From: Candidatus Methanomethylicia archaeon
GTDB lineage: Archaea; Thermoproteota; Methanomethylicia; Culexarchaeales; Culexarchaeaceae
Assembly: GCA_038727515.1 (NCBI GenBank)
Contig: JAVYVS010000006.1
Span: 13,088-77,087 of the forward strand
Reading direction: 5' to 3'
Length of the DNA: 64,000 bases
Shown: piece by piece, positions 10,632-21,429 of the stretch
Numbering within the stretch: position 1 is the stretch's first letter
Layout of the letters: the number at the start of each line of letters is the position of its first letter
Program-made: the position numbers and the translations under genes
The notes under the pieces: generated by a model
What the model was told of the DNA's origin: nothing
Database searches by the model: none
The model's input: the letters and a program-made list of their open reading frames with translations, nothing else

Positions 10632-11132
10632 AATTTCAAGTAAGCTTGGTTCTCTCTCAAATCTATAGACTTCTTTTAATAAAGCTTCTGCAAGTTCTTC
10701 TGCTAATTCATAGTTTATATTTATGTGGAATCTTGATGGAAATAATGTAGCTATTGGTTTTCCATCCTTTAATAATTCTAATCCTCCAGCAGCTTCTCTT
10801 CCATATCTTGGATGTGGTATTGGTGGTACATCAACTATATTATCAACATTAAATTTCCCATAGGCTACTTCTTCTATTCTTTTAAATGTATTTGAATCGA
10901 AGACTATTTGTGGTAGATTGTATATTACATATTCATTTCCAGATATTTCACCTTTTATTGAAGCTCCTCTAAAAACTTCAACCATATCCTTATATTCCTT
11001 AGATGAATACATTATTGTTACAGGCTTCCTAGAAAATTCCATTTCCACTACTATTGATGGTAATGGCCTTGTCCTATGCTCCTCCTCTAAATATTTAAGT
11101 CTCCTTTTCAATTCACGTATTAAAGTTGACAT
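10575..11132 (-). CDS. hypothetical protein
   Basis: 185-aa ORF with typical coding composition; no family recognised. Confidence 0.7.
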   Translation of the reverse strand: MSTLIRELKRRLKYLEEEHRTRPLPSIVVEMEFSRKPVTIMYSSKEYKDMVEVFRGASIKGEISGNEYVIYNLPQIVFDSNTFKRIEEVAYGKFNVDNIVDVPPIPHPRYGREAAGGLELLKDGKPIATLFPSRFHININYELAEELAEALLKEVYRFEREPSLLEILIMRIKRFIRRIFRGQKR

Positions 11133-11176
11133 TTCAATTTTAACCTAAAATAAATGTTCTACTCTCCATATTTAAG

Positions 11177-12175
11177 TTAACTCATCTTTAATACTATAGA
11201 TCCACTATGTTCACCATACTTCAAACTTTTTAAAGCTTCATTTGCATCTTCCAATGAATATATAGTTATCTTTGTTTTAATTTTTACTTTTGATGCTAAT
11301 TCTAAAAATTCCTTTACATCGTTTCTAGTTACATTAGCTACACTTTTCATCTCTTTCTCCAACCATATATCTTGATAATTTATTTTTTCTATTGGAGTCA
11401 TGTATATTCCAGCTAATATTAGTCTCCCACCTCTATCAAGCTTCTTTAAAGCTTCTATTGCAACCCAACCTGCAGGTGCAAATACTATTGCTGCATCTAA
11501 AGTTTCCTCTATTGATTCTCTAGGTTCTCCAACCCATGAAGCTCCTAAATTCAATGCTAATTGTTGTGAATCCTTTGATCTCGTAAATACATATACTTCA
11601 ATTCCCAAGTATTTTGCTAATTGTAGTATCATATGGGCTGAAGATCCAAATCCAAATAATCCAAGTTTATCACCGCTATTAACCTTAGCCATTTTAAAAG
11701 CTCTATAACCTATAGCTCCGCCACATAGTAATGGTGCAGCGTGTAAAACATCTAAACCCTCTGGAATCTCATGTATATAACTTGCTTTTGCAATCATGTA
11801 TTCTGAATATCCACCATCAACACTATATCCAGTGAATAATGCATTTCTACATAGATTTTCAAATCCATTCAAGCAATATTTACATTTTCCACAGCTCCAG
11901 TACAACCATGGAACTCCAAAAATTCTACCCTTCAATTCACTTTTAACTTCAGATCCAACTTCAACGACTTCGCCTAACACTTGATGTCCCAATATTAATG
12001 GTAGTTTTACAGCTTTTAATTCTCCTTCAACTATATGAAGGTCTGTTCTACATACACCACAACACTTTACTTTCAATAATACTTCATCAGGTTTTAGTTT
12101 GGGGAAATCTAAATCTACTAGTTTTAAAGGTTTTTCTTCTATTGGTTTTTGCTCTTCTAGTAACATTGCCTTCAA
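11177..12175 (-). CDS. zinc-dependent alcohol dehydrogenase family protein
   Basis: CGVCRTDLH, GHQ, CGKCKYC...C and GLFGFG. Confidence 0.92.
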   Translation of the reverse strand: MKAMLLEEQKPIEEKPLKLVDLDFPKLKPDEVLLKVKCCGVCRTDLHIVEGELKAVKLPLILGHQVLGEVVEVGSEVKSELKGRIFGVPWLYWSCGKCKYCLNGFENLCRNALFTGYSVDGGYSEYMIAKASYIHEIPEGLDVLHAAPLLCGGAIGYRAFKMAKVNSGDKLGLFGFGSSAHMILQLAKYLGIEVYVFTRSKDSQQLALNLGASWVGEPRESIEETLDAAIVFAPAGWVAIEALKKLDRGGRLILAGIYMTPIEKINYQDIWLEKEMKSVANVTRNDVKEFLELASKVKIKTKITIYSLEDANEALKSLKYGEHSGSIVLKMS

Positions 12176-12231
12176 ATTTTACACCGAGAAATTTTTATCG
12201 TATCCTTAACTATATTTATTTGGGTTTAAAT

Positions 12232-12537
12232 TTGAATGATGAAGAATCTTTAGATATTGAGAGGATTATGCTTGAATCTCAGATTAAAGAGCTTAAACAG
12301 ATAATTGAAATGCTTCAAGATAGATTGAGATTTCTAGAGACTGTATTAAACGCTCATAAATGGCATCCATTTAAGAGTGGTAGTGGTGAATGGGCTTTTT
12401 CAAATGATTTCCCAGAGTTAAAGCAAAGACTTATTGAAGCGAATGCTAGAGAATCAAATTACCTTGAATTTAATGGTTATAGATATAGACTTTCCGGTGA
12501 AGGTGATAAATTCATTCAGAGATTTCCATTGAAATAG
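12232..12537 (+). CDS. hypothetical coiled-coil protein
   Basis: Coding-like 3' part of ORF 11998..12537. TTG 12232 chosen to avoid overlap with the ADH gene. Confidence 0.65.
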   Translation: MNDEESLDIERIMLESQIKELKQIIEMLQDRLRFLETVLNAHKWHPFKSGSGEWAFSNDFPELKQRLIEANARESNYLEFNGYRYRLSGEGDKFIQRFPLK

Positions 12538-12576
12538 ATTTATATCATCACAATCAATATTATCTAGTGAACTCTT

Positions 12577-13530
12577 ATGAATAGTTTCATTAAGGATTTT
12601 AATGCACATGTAACTAGTGTTGTAGATAAGGTTTCTAAAGGTGTTGTAACAATAACCACTGTTAAACTTGGTTTTGAAAGTTTCTTTGGAACTGTTCCAG
12701 TTAGAGGTATAGGATCAGGTTTCCTTATTAGTGAAGATATAATTGTAACTAATGCACATGTGGTTGCAGACGCCAGAGCTGTAGATGTAATTTTCCATGA
12801 TGGTTATAGAACTGAAGGTAGAGTTTTAATTGCAGACTCATATAGAGACATCGCTTTAGTTAGAGTTAGCGATATTCCAAGTGGAGTTAAACCTCTTCAA
12901 ATGGGTGATTCAAATAATCTTAAAGTTGGTGAAATAGTACTTGCAATAGGTAGCCCTCTAGGTCTTCCAGGTCCAACGGTAACTATGGGCGTTGTTAGTG
13001 CAATTGGTAGAAATATCGTGGGGCAGGATGTAGCTTTAGAAGATCTTATTCAAACGGATGCAGCTATAAATCCAGGTAATAGTGGCGGTCCATTGGTAAA
13101 TATAGATGGTTACATTGTTGGAGTAGTTACAGCAATAATACCATATGCTCAAGGTGTGGGGTTTGCAATACCAATAAATACTGTTAAAAGAGTTTTGGAG
13201 ATGATTGAAATTTATGGTAGGCCTGTTAGAGCTATGATTGGTGTTTATGCTGCATCTATAACTCCACAATTAGCTTCAGCCTATAGACTTCCATTAAAAC
13301 ATGGATTACTTGTTATTCGAGTTATTCCAGGTACACCTGCACATGAAGTTAGAATAGCTCCAGGAGACATTATAACTAAGATTGCTGGTAAAGATGTTTA
13401 TGATGTTAGAGAACTTAGAAGGGCTGTAGAAGATTCCATAGCTCAAGGTTATATTGAACTTGAAGTTTATAGGTCTGGATATGGTTATAGGAGGATTAAA
13501 GTTCCAATAATGGTTGAAGAAGTAGAGTGA
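12577..13530 (+). CDS. HtrA/DegP-like serine protease with PDZ domain
   Basis: GSGF, TNAHVV, DIA, QTDAAINPGNSGGPL and C-terminal PDZ. Confidence 0.93.
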   Translation: MNSFIKDFNAHVTSVVDKVSKGVVTITTVKLGFESFFGTVPVRGIGSGFLISEDIIVTNAHVVADARAVDVIFHDGYRTEGRVLIADSYRDIALVRVSDIPSGVKPLQMGDSNNLKVGEIVLAIGSPLGLPGPTVTMGVVSAIGRNIVGQDVALEDLIQTDAAINPGNSGGPLVNIDGYIVGVVTAIIPYAQGVGFAIPINTVKRVLEMIEIYGRPVRAMIGVYAASITPQLASAYRLPLKHGLLVIRVIPGTPAHEVRIAPGDIITKIAGKDVYDVRELRRAVEDSIAQGYIELEVYRSGYGYRRIKVPIMVEEVE

Positions 13531-13570
13531 ATGATAAATCTTATCTCACATTCAAACTTAATTTTTATAG

Positions 13571-13918
13571 GTGAATTTCTTGGAATCAAAAGATCTTTTT
13601 GATGTTGAAGAGTTCTGGAAATTTAAAATGAAAGTTGGATTAGTTAAAAATGCCGAGAGAATTCCTAGAACTAGAAAACTAATTAAGTTAACAGTGGATT
13701 TTGGAAATGAATCTAGAACTGTTATTGCTGGAATTGGAGATCAATATAGTCCAGAGGATTTATTGAATAAGAAGATGATTTTTGTTACAAATTTAAAGCC
13801 CAAAAAGATCGCTGATGTAGAAAGTCAAGCAATGCTTATTGTAGCTGAAGATGAAAATGGGAAAGTTTATTTAATAAATCTAAGTGAAGAAGTACCTTTA
13901 GGGGCTAAAGTCTGGTAA
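13571..13918 (+). CDS. tRNA-binding OB-fold protein (Trbp111/CsaA/MetRS C-terminal-like)
   Basis: KVG, VDFG.E.R, NLKP and ESQAM. Confidence 0.88.
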   Translation: MNFLESKDLFDVEEFWKFKMKVGLVKNAERIPRTRKLIKLTVDFGNESRTVIAGIGDQYSPEDLLNKKMIFVTNLKPKKIADVESQAMLIVAEDENGKVYLINLSEEVPLGAKVW

Positions 13919-15100
13919 AATACTATCTCTCCATCTTTTTACCATATATGAGAGTGTAAATGGAATTATAAGTGTAGTTAGAGTTGAAACTCCAATAAAT
14001 GATGTAAATAGTATTTCATCTATAAAACCAGCTGAATATAATATTTGAGCTGGTATTATACCCATAGAAAACTTTGCACTAATCCCCCAACCTACAACTA
14101 CAATTTCCTTCCAATTCATTCTAGAATACAATCCCACAATAAGTGAAGCTGAAAATTTACTAATGAAATTAGCGAAAAGAAGCAATAAAGTTAAACTTAA
14201 ACTCCTAATAATGCTATCTAGAGTTATACTTAACCCTATTTTAAAGAAGAATATAGGTCCCAGAAACCCGTAAGCTATAGATCTAAGAATCTCAATACAC
14301 CTACCATTACTATTAGATTTTAAGGAGAATTTTTGAAATGTAATACCAGCAATTATAGCGCCAAGTAATATGCCGAGATTGAAATACTCTGAAATCACTG
14401 TAAACGTTATTGCCACTAATAATATAAGCATAGTTAAACTATGAACACTTATTTTCCCCTCAAATAAAGCTAATTTGGGAAATAAGAATCTATTTAGTAA
14501 ACTTGCTAGAAAAACTAAAGTTAACATTCCAAAAATTATATTCACTGGATTAAATAAATATCTACCACCAACAATAACTGAAGCTAAGGATGCTAACGAT
14601 ACTTCTAATACATCATCAATAATCCCGGAGCCTAAAATTAAATTTGCACTTCTACTTCTAATAACATCAAGTTCATCAAGTATAGGTGCAACAGTTGCTT
14701 CAGCAACAGTAGCTAAAGCAGTAGATATTAAAACCGAAATATAAAGTGGATAACCATAAGAAACAATAATTATAGTACCAATCAATGTGGAAAATACTAT
14801 ATTCAGAAAAGATATAACAATAATATTCCAAGATTGCTTCTTAAATTCATTCACATCAATCCTTAAACCAATAAGAAATATCAAAAGCATTATACCTAGA
14901 TTAGAAAGAAAATTATACTCATCACTTAAAGCTAAAACACATAAATTTGAAGTGTATGGAATGACCATGAGAATTATACCAACAAGTAATGGTGCAAGCA
15001 AACTTGGTATATGAAATCTATCAAATGGAAAATGTAGTAAATATGATACAAAAAACATAAAAGCTAATAGACCCATCAGAACAAGATCTTCCTCAATCAT
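13898..15100 (-). CDS. cation:proton antiporter (CPA2)
   Basis: About 12 hydrophobic segments; FLIGL, IIDD, LGAIIAG and FFFKIG. Confidence 0.87.
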   Translation of the reverse strand: MIEEDLVLMGLLAFMFFVSYLLHFPFDRFHIPSLLAPLLVGIILMVIPYTSNLCVLALSDEYNFLSNLGIMLLIFLIGLRIDVNEFKKQSWNIIVISFLNIVFSTLIGTIIIVSYGYPLYISVLISTALATVAEATVAPILDELDVIRSRSANLILGSGIIDDVLEVSLASLASVIVGGRYLFNPVNIIFGMLTLVFLASLLNRFLFPKLALFEGKISVHSLTMLILLVAITFTVISEYFNLGILLGAIIAGITFQKFSLKSNSNGRCIEILRSIAYGFLGPIFFFKIGLSITLDSIIRSLSLTLLLLFANFISKFSASLIVGLYSRMNWKEIVVVGWGISAKFSMGIIPAQILYSAGFIDEILFTSFIGVSTLTTLIIPFTLSYMVKRWRDSILPDFSP

Positions 15101-15355
15101 AAAATCTTAAAATACTAACTAACTCTACCTTTAAACTTTATCACTCAAGATCTTTAAGGAAAAGCATAAAAGAAAGCCTATAAATCCATCATAAACTTTT
15201 TCATTGATTACATTACTTTATATTTTAAACATCTAACTTCAAATAGATAATGAATTTTTAATAATATGTAAACATATTCTACAAAATAATTTTTCATCAA
15301 TACATGGAAACCCTTATTAACTAGTATTTTTATAAAAAAATTGGTGTTATTCTAC

Positions 15356-16690
15356 ATGGAAAGAAAATCAATAATACTAATGATTATATTGCTTATAATT
15401 GGTTTAGCTGCTGGTTCTGTTGTTGGATATTATGCATCTCCTCCTAAGATTGTGGAAAAGGAGAAGATTATTGAAAAACCAGTATATCCACTAAAGGGTG
15501 AAATACCCATAGGAGTAATAGTTGCAAGTACTGGATACTTAGAAACTGAAAGAGCTACTGTTGAGATAGCTATTGAGGAAGTAAATAAATATGTTGAAAG
15601 TCTTGGATTGCCAATAACATTTAAAGCTTATATTGAGGACGCTGAAGGATCTTCAACTAAGGCTTTAGAGAAGCTTCAAAGTTTATATGCGAAGGGTATT
15701 AGGATTACTGTTGGCTGGAGGTTTAGTGGGCAGATAAGGGCTTGCTACGATTATATACAGGCAAATAAGATTTTAGTTATTAGTGATGGTTCAACTTCTC
15801 CATTATTATGCATGGATGATTATGTCTTTAGATTGCCAACAAATGATCTTGTCCAAGGTAAAATAATACCAAAAATAATACTTGAATATGGTGTAAAAGC
15901 AATAGCAGTTCTACAGAGGGCTGATACTTGGGGTGATGGATTATATGCTGTTATTGAAAGTGAATATAAAAAGTTTGGTGGTGTAATTGTTGAAAGGATA
16001 AGGTATGATCCTGAGAAAACTGAGTTTTCAGCTGAGTTAGCCTTATTAAATTCAAAAATTGATTCAGCTATTAAAACTTATGGTAAGGAGAATGTTGGCT
16101 TTTTATTGTTGGCTTTTGATGAAGCAGCAGTAATACAGGCTCAAGCCAAGGATTATCCGCATCTAATGTCAGTTTTATGGTTTGGATCTGATGGTCATGT
16201 ATGGAGCGATAGACTTGTAGAGGAAGCTGGTGGATATGCATATCTTGTACGACATATATGTACATATGCTGCAACTATGAATTCTACATTGAGAATGAGC
16301 TTTGCAGAAAAGCATAAGGCTAAAGTTGGTTACGTTCCAGGAACTTACTCAACATGTCTTTATGATAGTATATGGCTAGTTGCAAAAACTATATTGGAAG
16401 CTGCTACAACTGACACCACTGTTCTTAAAAAGGTATTACCTATGGTTGCAGCAAGATATTTTGGCGCTAGCGGTTGGTGTTTACTTGATGAGAATGGTGA
16501 TAGAGCTATGATGAATTACGATATATGGGCTGTTATAAAGCAGAGCGAAGCACCGCTCTGTAAATTTGTATACTACTATAATGTTACTATTAACGGTGAG
16601 AAGCTGGCTTGGGCTATTGTTGGATCATATGATTCTGTAACTGGAGAAATAACATGGTTCTTTAAACCAAAACTTATGACTACGGGTTAA
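15356..16690 (+). CDS. branched-chain amino acid ABC transporter substrate-binding protein
   Basis: N-terminal membrane anchor; IPIG, STSP, FRL.TND and DENGDR. First gene of a liv-type operon. Confidence 0.88.
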   Translation: MERKSIILMIILLIIGLAAGSVVGYYASPPKIVEKEKIIEKPVYPLKGEIPIGVIVASTGYLETERATVEIAIEEVNKYVESLGLPITFKAYIEDAEGSSTKALEKLQSLYAKGIRITVGWRFSGQIRACYDYIQANKILVISDGSTSPLLCMDDYVFRLPTNDLVQGKIIPKIILEYGVKAIAVLQRADTWGDGLYAVIESEYKKFGGVIVERIRYDPEKTEFSAELALLNSKIDSAIKTYGKENVGFLLLAFDEAAVIQAQAKDYPHLMSVLWFGSDGHVWSDRLVEEAGGYAYLVRHICTYAATMNSTLRMSFAEKHKAKVGYVPGTYSTCLYDSIWLVAKTILEAATTDTTVLKKVLPMVAARYFGASGWCLLDENGDRAMMNYDIWAVIKQSEAPLCKFVYYYNVTINGEKLAWAIVGSYDSVTGEITWFFKPKLMTTG

Positions 16691-16718
16691 TAAACCTATA
16701 ACATAATTATTTTTTATT

Positions 16719-17498
16719 ATGGTGATTTTGATGGGTGATGTACTTAAGGTAGATGGCTTAACAAAACTTTTTGGAGCTTTTAAAGCTATTGATAATGTGT
16801 CTATGGTTGTAGGTGAGAAGAAGATAACTTTACTTGTTGGACCTAATGGTAGTGGTAAAACAACATTATTAAACTGTATATCGGGTGTCTATAAGCCTGA
16901 AGCAGGCAGAATCTTTTATTGTGAAGTTGATATAACTAATAAGAAACCTCATGAAAGAGTTAAGATGGGTTTAGTCCCAACATTTCAAATACCCTCACCC
17001 TTCTATAGACTTACTGTTCTAGAAAATCTATTGGTTTCTTTTCAAAACAATCCTGGGGAAAATTTGTTTAAATGTCTGTTTAGAAGCGTATGGGCTAGGA
17101 GTGAAGAAGAAGCTTTAGATAAAGCATTTAAAATTCTGGATCTGCTGGAACTTATGGATGTATATGATAAACCTGCTCATACACTTAGTGGTGGTCAATT
17201 GAAATTATTGGAGATTGGTAGAGCTCTTATGGTTAATCCAAAGACGTTAATTATGGATGAACCTGCCGGCAGTATAAATCCAGTATTAGCACATAAAATA
17301 TTCCAAAGCTTACTAAAGATAAGAGATGAATTTGGAATTACATTGTTAATAGTGGAACATAGATTGGATTTAGCCATAGATTATGTAGATTATGTTTATG
17401 CTATGCATCTTGGTAAAATAATTTCTCATGGAAAACCTGAAGAAGTTTTTAATGATAGTAGAGTTATTGAAGCTTATCTTGGAGGGGAAATTACATGA
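16719..17498 (+). CDS. livG: branched-chain amino acid ABC ATPase
   Basis: GPNGSGKT, LSGGQ, MDEP, VEH and VIEAYLG. Confidence 0.88.
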   Translation: MVILMGDVLKVDGLTKLFGAFKAIDNVSMVVGEKKITLLVGPNGSGKTTLLNCISGVYKPEAGRIFYCEVDITNKKPHERVKMGLVPTFQIPSPFYRLTVLENLLVSFQNNPGENLFKCLFRSVWARSEEEALDKAFKILDLLELMDVYDKPAHTLSGGQLKLLEIGRALMVNPKTLIMDEPAGSINPVLAHKIFQSLLKIRDEFGITLLIVEHRLDLAIDYVDYVYAMHLGKIISHGKPEEVFNDSRVIEAYLGGEIT

Positions 17499-18205
17499 TA
17501 GAAGTTAATGGACTTAATGCTGGATATGGGAAGCTGCATATATTATATGACGTTGATTTCAGAGTTGGTGATAATGAGATGGTAACTGTGTTGGGACCTA
17601 ATGGTAGTGGTAAAAGTACTTTGCTTAAAACTATTATGGGTTTAACCACCATATATTCCGGTAGAATTTTATTTGATGGTAAAGATATTACTAAGCTTAG
17701 ACCTAATGAAAAGGCTAAGATTGGTATAGCATATTTACCTCAAGTTGGAAGTGTATTTACAAATTTAAGTGTTAGAGAGAATATGATTATGGCTGGTTTA
17801 ACTATTGGTAAAGATGAGTTTAATGATAGATTAGAGTATTCATTGAGTATGTTTCCATTTTTGAAGGGTTGCTTAGATAGGAAAGTTAAAACTTTAAGTG
17901 GTGGTGAGAGACAGATGCTTGCAATGGCTATGGCTCTTATGAGGAAGCCTAAAATCTTAATGTTTGATGAACCTACAGGTAATCTTGCTCCTAAAATTGC
18001 CATGGATGTCTTTAATAAAATTATAGAATTAAAAGATCAATTGGGTATAGCTATATTGTTGGTTGAGCAAAATGTTAAAAGAGCTCTTGAAATTAGTGAT
18101 AGAGCATATCTATTAGTTTCTGGTAGAATAGTTTTTGAAGGTGAATCTAAGGAACTTTTAAATCATCCTGAACTTGGAAAGATGTATCTCGGTTTAAAGA
18201 GGTGA
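17495..18205 (+). CDS. livF: branched-chain amino acid ABC ATPase
   Basis: GPNGSGKS, LSGGERQMLA, DEP, VEQN and YLG. Confidence 0.88.
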   Translation: MIEVNGLNAGYGKLHILYDVDFRVGDNEMVTVLGPNGSGKSTLLKTIMGLTTIYSGRILFDGKDITKLRPNEKAKIGIAYLPQVGSVFTNLSVRENMIMAGLTIGKDEFNDRLEYSLSMFPFLKGCLDRKVKTLSGGERQMLAMAMALMRKPKILMFDEPTGNLAPKIAMDVFNKIIELKDQLGIAILLVEQNVKRALEISDRAYLLVSGRIVFEGESKELLNHPELGKMYLGLKR

Positions 18206-18209
18206 GTTT

Positions 18210-19154
18210 ATGCTTCCACCAGCATTATTAAAGGATGCTATTGTATATGCAAACCTATTGTTAATGTTAACCATTGGTTTTACATTAACATATTTAATAG
18301 CTAAAATACCGAATTTTGCACATGGTGAATTTGCTGGGATAGGGATTTATGTATCATTCACAGTCATTCAGATTTGGAAGATGAATCCATATATTGCTGT
18401 ACCCTTGGCGTTTATAGTATCTGCAATTATTGGAGTCATCATATATAATGGTGTTTTAAGAACATTGAAGAAGTTTGGTGGAACGTTAATTTCACTGACA
18501 ATATCTACATTAGCTATGCAAATAATAATATCAGCATTAATAAATGTATATGCAGATTACCTATATCCAATAGCTGGTGCATATTCTAGATTATTTATGT
18601 TTAGACATATAGACTTTGAATTTATGGGTCAACCAGGAGTTCTAATAGTTTCATCATTACTAGTGTTTACCCTAATAATAGTTTTACATTTAATTTTGAC
18701 TAAGACTAAGTTTGGCATATCTCTTAGAGCTGTTGTAGAAGATTCTGATTTAGCTTCAGTTTTGGGGGTTAATGTTGAATTTGCATGTACTATATCTTGG
18801 GCTTTAACTGGTGGATTAGCTGGTATGGCTGGAGCACTATTGCCATTATGGTTTCAAGGACACCCATATACTGGGAGTATGCTATTGACAAGTGTATTTG
18901 CAGCATCAATACTGGGAGGTATTTCAAGTATTTATGGTGCTATGCTTGGTGGTTATTTAATAGGTTTATCGGAAGTTTTTGGAACATATTTTCTTGCACA
19001 AACCTTTGGTAGTCAGATAACTGCATATAGAATGTTAATACCATTAATAATATTATGCATAGTGTTGTTACTAGCTCCAAGAGGTTTAACTGGTGTAATA
19101 GAAGATTTACAGGCAAAAAGGATTTCGAAAAAAATTGTTAGAATGGGGGGTTAA
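18210..19154 (+). CDS. livH: branched-chain amino acid ABC permease
   Basis: NFAHG, TKFG..LRAV, ILGG and PRGL. Confidence 0.86.
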   Translation: MLPPALLKDAIVYANLLLMLTIGFTLTYLIAKIPNFAHGEFAGIGIYVSFTVIQIWKMNPYIAVPLAFIVSAIIGVIIYNGVLRTLKKFGGTLISLTISTLAMQIIISALINVYADYLYPIAGAYSRLFMFRHIDFEFMGQPGVLIVSSLLVFTLIIVLHLILTKTKFGISLRAVVEDSDLASVLGVNVEFACTISWALTGGLAGMAGALLPLWFQGHPYTGSMLLTSVFAASILGGISSIYGAMLGGYLIGLSEVFGTYFLAQTFGSQITAYRMLIPLIILCIVLLLAPRGLTGVIEDLQAKRISKKIVRMGG

Positions 19155-19157
19155 TGA

Positions 19158-20165
19158 ATGTTTGAAAGTATGGGATGGCTATTGGATATAATTGTGTTTT
19201 TCGCTGTATACTTAATAGTTACACTTGCCTTAAACTTACAGTACGGTTATACTGGTATACCAAATTTTGGATTAGCTTTGTCTGTAGCTGTTGGAGCTTA
19301 TACAACAGGGGCTTTAGCTGGTAGAATTGGTATGTGGTTATGTGGTATAAGAGATTTAGATTATATAATGTATAATGCTATGATTACAAGTATGATAAAC
19401 AATGCTATAAAAGTAGACCCTATGAAGGGTTTAATAATATTTACTTTAACAATTTTAACAGTAATAGTTGTTTGTGCATTTATTGGTTTTATAGCATCGT
19501 ACCCAGCAATAAGGTTAAAGGCTGATTACTTAATGATGGTTTTGATAGCTATGGCTGAAGCTGCAAGAATTATAGGTTTAAATTATACGCCTCTTGTAGG
19601 TGGAACCACATGGGTTTCCGTACCAAACGTATTCATTTGGATTGGTGATTTCGCATCACAATTTACAATAATATTAACATTGATAATTTCAATACTAATA
19701 TTTGTATTCATGCAATTTATAGTTTCTTCCCCATTTGGTAGACTTATAAAATCTATTAGGGAAAATGAACTTACAGCTGAATGTATTGGAAAGGATGTTG
19801 TAAATGTGAAAATTAAGATTATGATGCTTGGTTCAGCAATCGCTGGGATAGGAGGTTCTTTATGGAGCTTTTATCTCGGCACAGTATTAGCTGCAGCATA
19901 TACTAGAACTGATTGGACATTTTGGCCATGGTTAATGGCTATGATTGGAGGTATAGGCAACAATATTGGAGCTTTAGTAGGAGTAGCGGCGGTAATCTTC
20001 ATTAGAAGACTCATAATATACTATAAGTATAGCATAGAAGCATACATACCGTTCTCAGTGGTATGGTTAGAACAATTACTCTTAGGAGTTGCATTAATAT
20101 TAGTAATGATATTTCGTCCCCAAGGATTAATCCCAGAGAAACCTAAGAAGATTAAAAGGAAATAA
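19158..20165 (+). CDS. livM: branched-chain amino acid ABC permease
   Basis: LNLQYGYTG, RLKADYL, SPFGR...IRENE and RPQGL. Confidence 0.86.
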   Translation: MFESMGWLLDIIVFFAVYLIVTLALNLQYGYTGIPNFGLALSVAVGAYTTGALAGRIGMWLCGIRDLDYIMYNAMITSMINNAIKVDPMKGLIIFTLTILTVIVVCAFIGFIASYPAIRLKADYLMMVLIAMAEAARIIGLNYTPLVGGTTWVSVPNVFIWIGDFASQFTIILTLIISILIFVFMQFIVSSPFGRLIKSIRENELTAECIGKDVVNVKIKIMMLGSAIAGIGGSLWSFYLGTVLAAAYTRTDWTFWPWLMAMIGGIGNNIGALVGVAAVIFIRRLIIYYKYSIEAYIPFSVVWLEQLLLGVALILVMIFRPQGLIPEKPKKIKRK

Positions 20166-20287
20166 CTCAATATGTAACTATAATCAGTCAGTTAAATTTC
20201 TTAAAAGATTTAAGAGAGACTCTAAAGTTTATAGTATTAAAAATTATTGAACCATTATAAATCATTCATCACCATCATCTAATCTCT

Positions 20288-20764
20288 TCACTTAAAAATA
20301 TGACTCTTTAAAGAACATCTCTCCTTAACGTATAAGAACATTATTAAACAAAAGATGATGAGGGATGCTATAATTAGAATTACTCCAAATGATGATGTAC
20401 CCTCATCAAATTTATATCCCTGCTCTACAACCTTAAATTTAACCCATAATCCATCAATAACCTTACCAGGAATATAAAATGGTGGAGGCTGATCTCTAAT
20501 AAGGAAATAATTCGAAATAGTTATTGATTCTATCCCAACACCTACACGATAATTTATTGAAGAAAAATACACATCTAATAACTCATAAAATATGTCTGTA
20601 TGATATTCACTAGTGGATGTTAAAGATAAGAGACTTATATCTATAGCTGAACAAGAAGAGCTTTTACTATCCATTAATAGTGCAAGTAAACTTAGCATAT
20701 GAAACTTATTAAAATTGGAATGCAATAAATATGACATGAGAAATATGAAAGCCATGCTCATCAA
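20288..20764 (-). pseudogene. chimeric/remnant membrane ORF whose N-terminus is a fragment of a CPA2 antiporter paralogue
   Basis: First ~27 aa align with the N-terminus of 13898..15100; the rest is unrelated and ends in a TM helix. Confidence 0.5.
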
Positions 20765-20916
20765 AATAATGTTATTTTTAAGCTTAACTACTTAAGATAT
20801 TTAATATTTAGTAAATGATTTAACCTTAACTTCAAATTGGCACTACATGGTTAGATGATTAGATTCTTATACGGTAAACCTTAAATACCTACCTATTATT
20901 ACTACATTTACTAAGA

Positions 20917-21048
20917 ATGGAAGTGCAAGAGATAAAGAAGGAAATAGAGAAATTAAAGGATGTATTCGCTAAATTCAATAAGGAATTCATTGTTAAGAGC
21001 ATTAGGGAGGATAGAGAGGAAATTGAAACAAGAAAGCTATCTCTTTGA
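20917..21048 (+). CDS. putative VapB-type antitoxin (short, possibly 5'-truncated)
   Basis: 43-aa ORF MEVQEIKK...IVKSIREDREE... overlapping the start of a PIN gene; IREDRE-type tail. Confidence 0.6.
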   Translation: MEVQEIKKEIEKLKDVFAKFNKEFIVKSIREDREEIETRKLSL

Positions 21049-21429
21049 TGCATCATCAATATTTGAAGCTATATCAAGAAATAGAATTGAATTACTAGTG
21101 AAAAATTATACTATGAATTAGCTAAATATGAGCTTATCAATATATTATGGAAGCGTCTTTTCTTAGAAAGGGATGTAAGTAAAGAAGAATGTGACCATAT
21201 AATTGAAATCATTAAAAATACACTTAAATTAATGCATCTCCTAAACATAAACTGTAATGAAAAAGAAACATTTGATTTAGCGTCCAAACTTGAAATAACA
21301 ATTTATGATGCATCATACGTATATTACGCGAAGAGGTTAAACTTAAAACTCGTAACAGAAGACCAAAAACTTAAAAGGAAAATTGAAAATTACATTAAAG
21401 TTTGCAGCATAGAAGAAATTCTTGAATGA
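21023..21429 (+). pseudogene. vapC: VapC/PIN toxin, frameshifted
   Basis: TTG 21023 gives YLFDASS...; frame change at ~21101-21115; continues ELAKYELINIIWK...ITIYDASYV...LVTED. Confidence 0.8.

Noticed and set aside
11998-12231. Hydrophobic N-terminal extension of ORF 11998..12537
   Set aside because: Antisense overlap with the ADH gene; the real start is probably TTG 12232.
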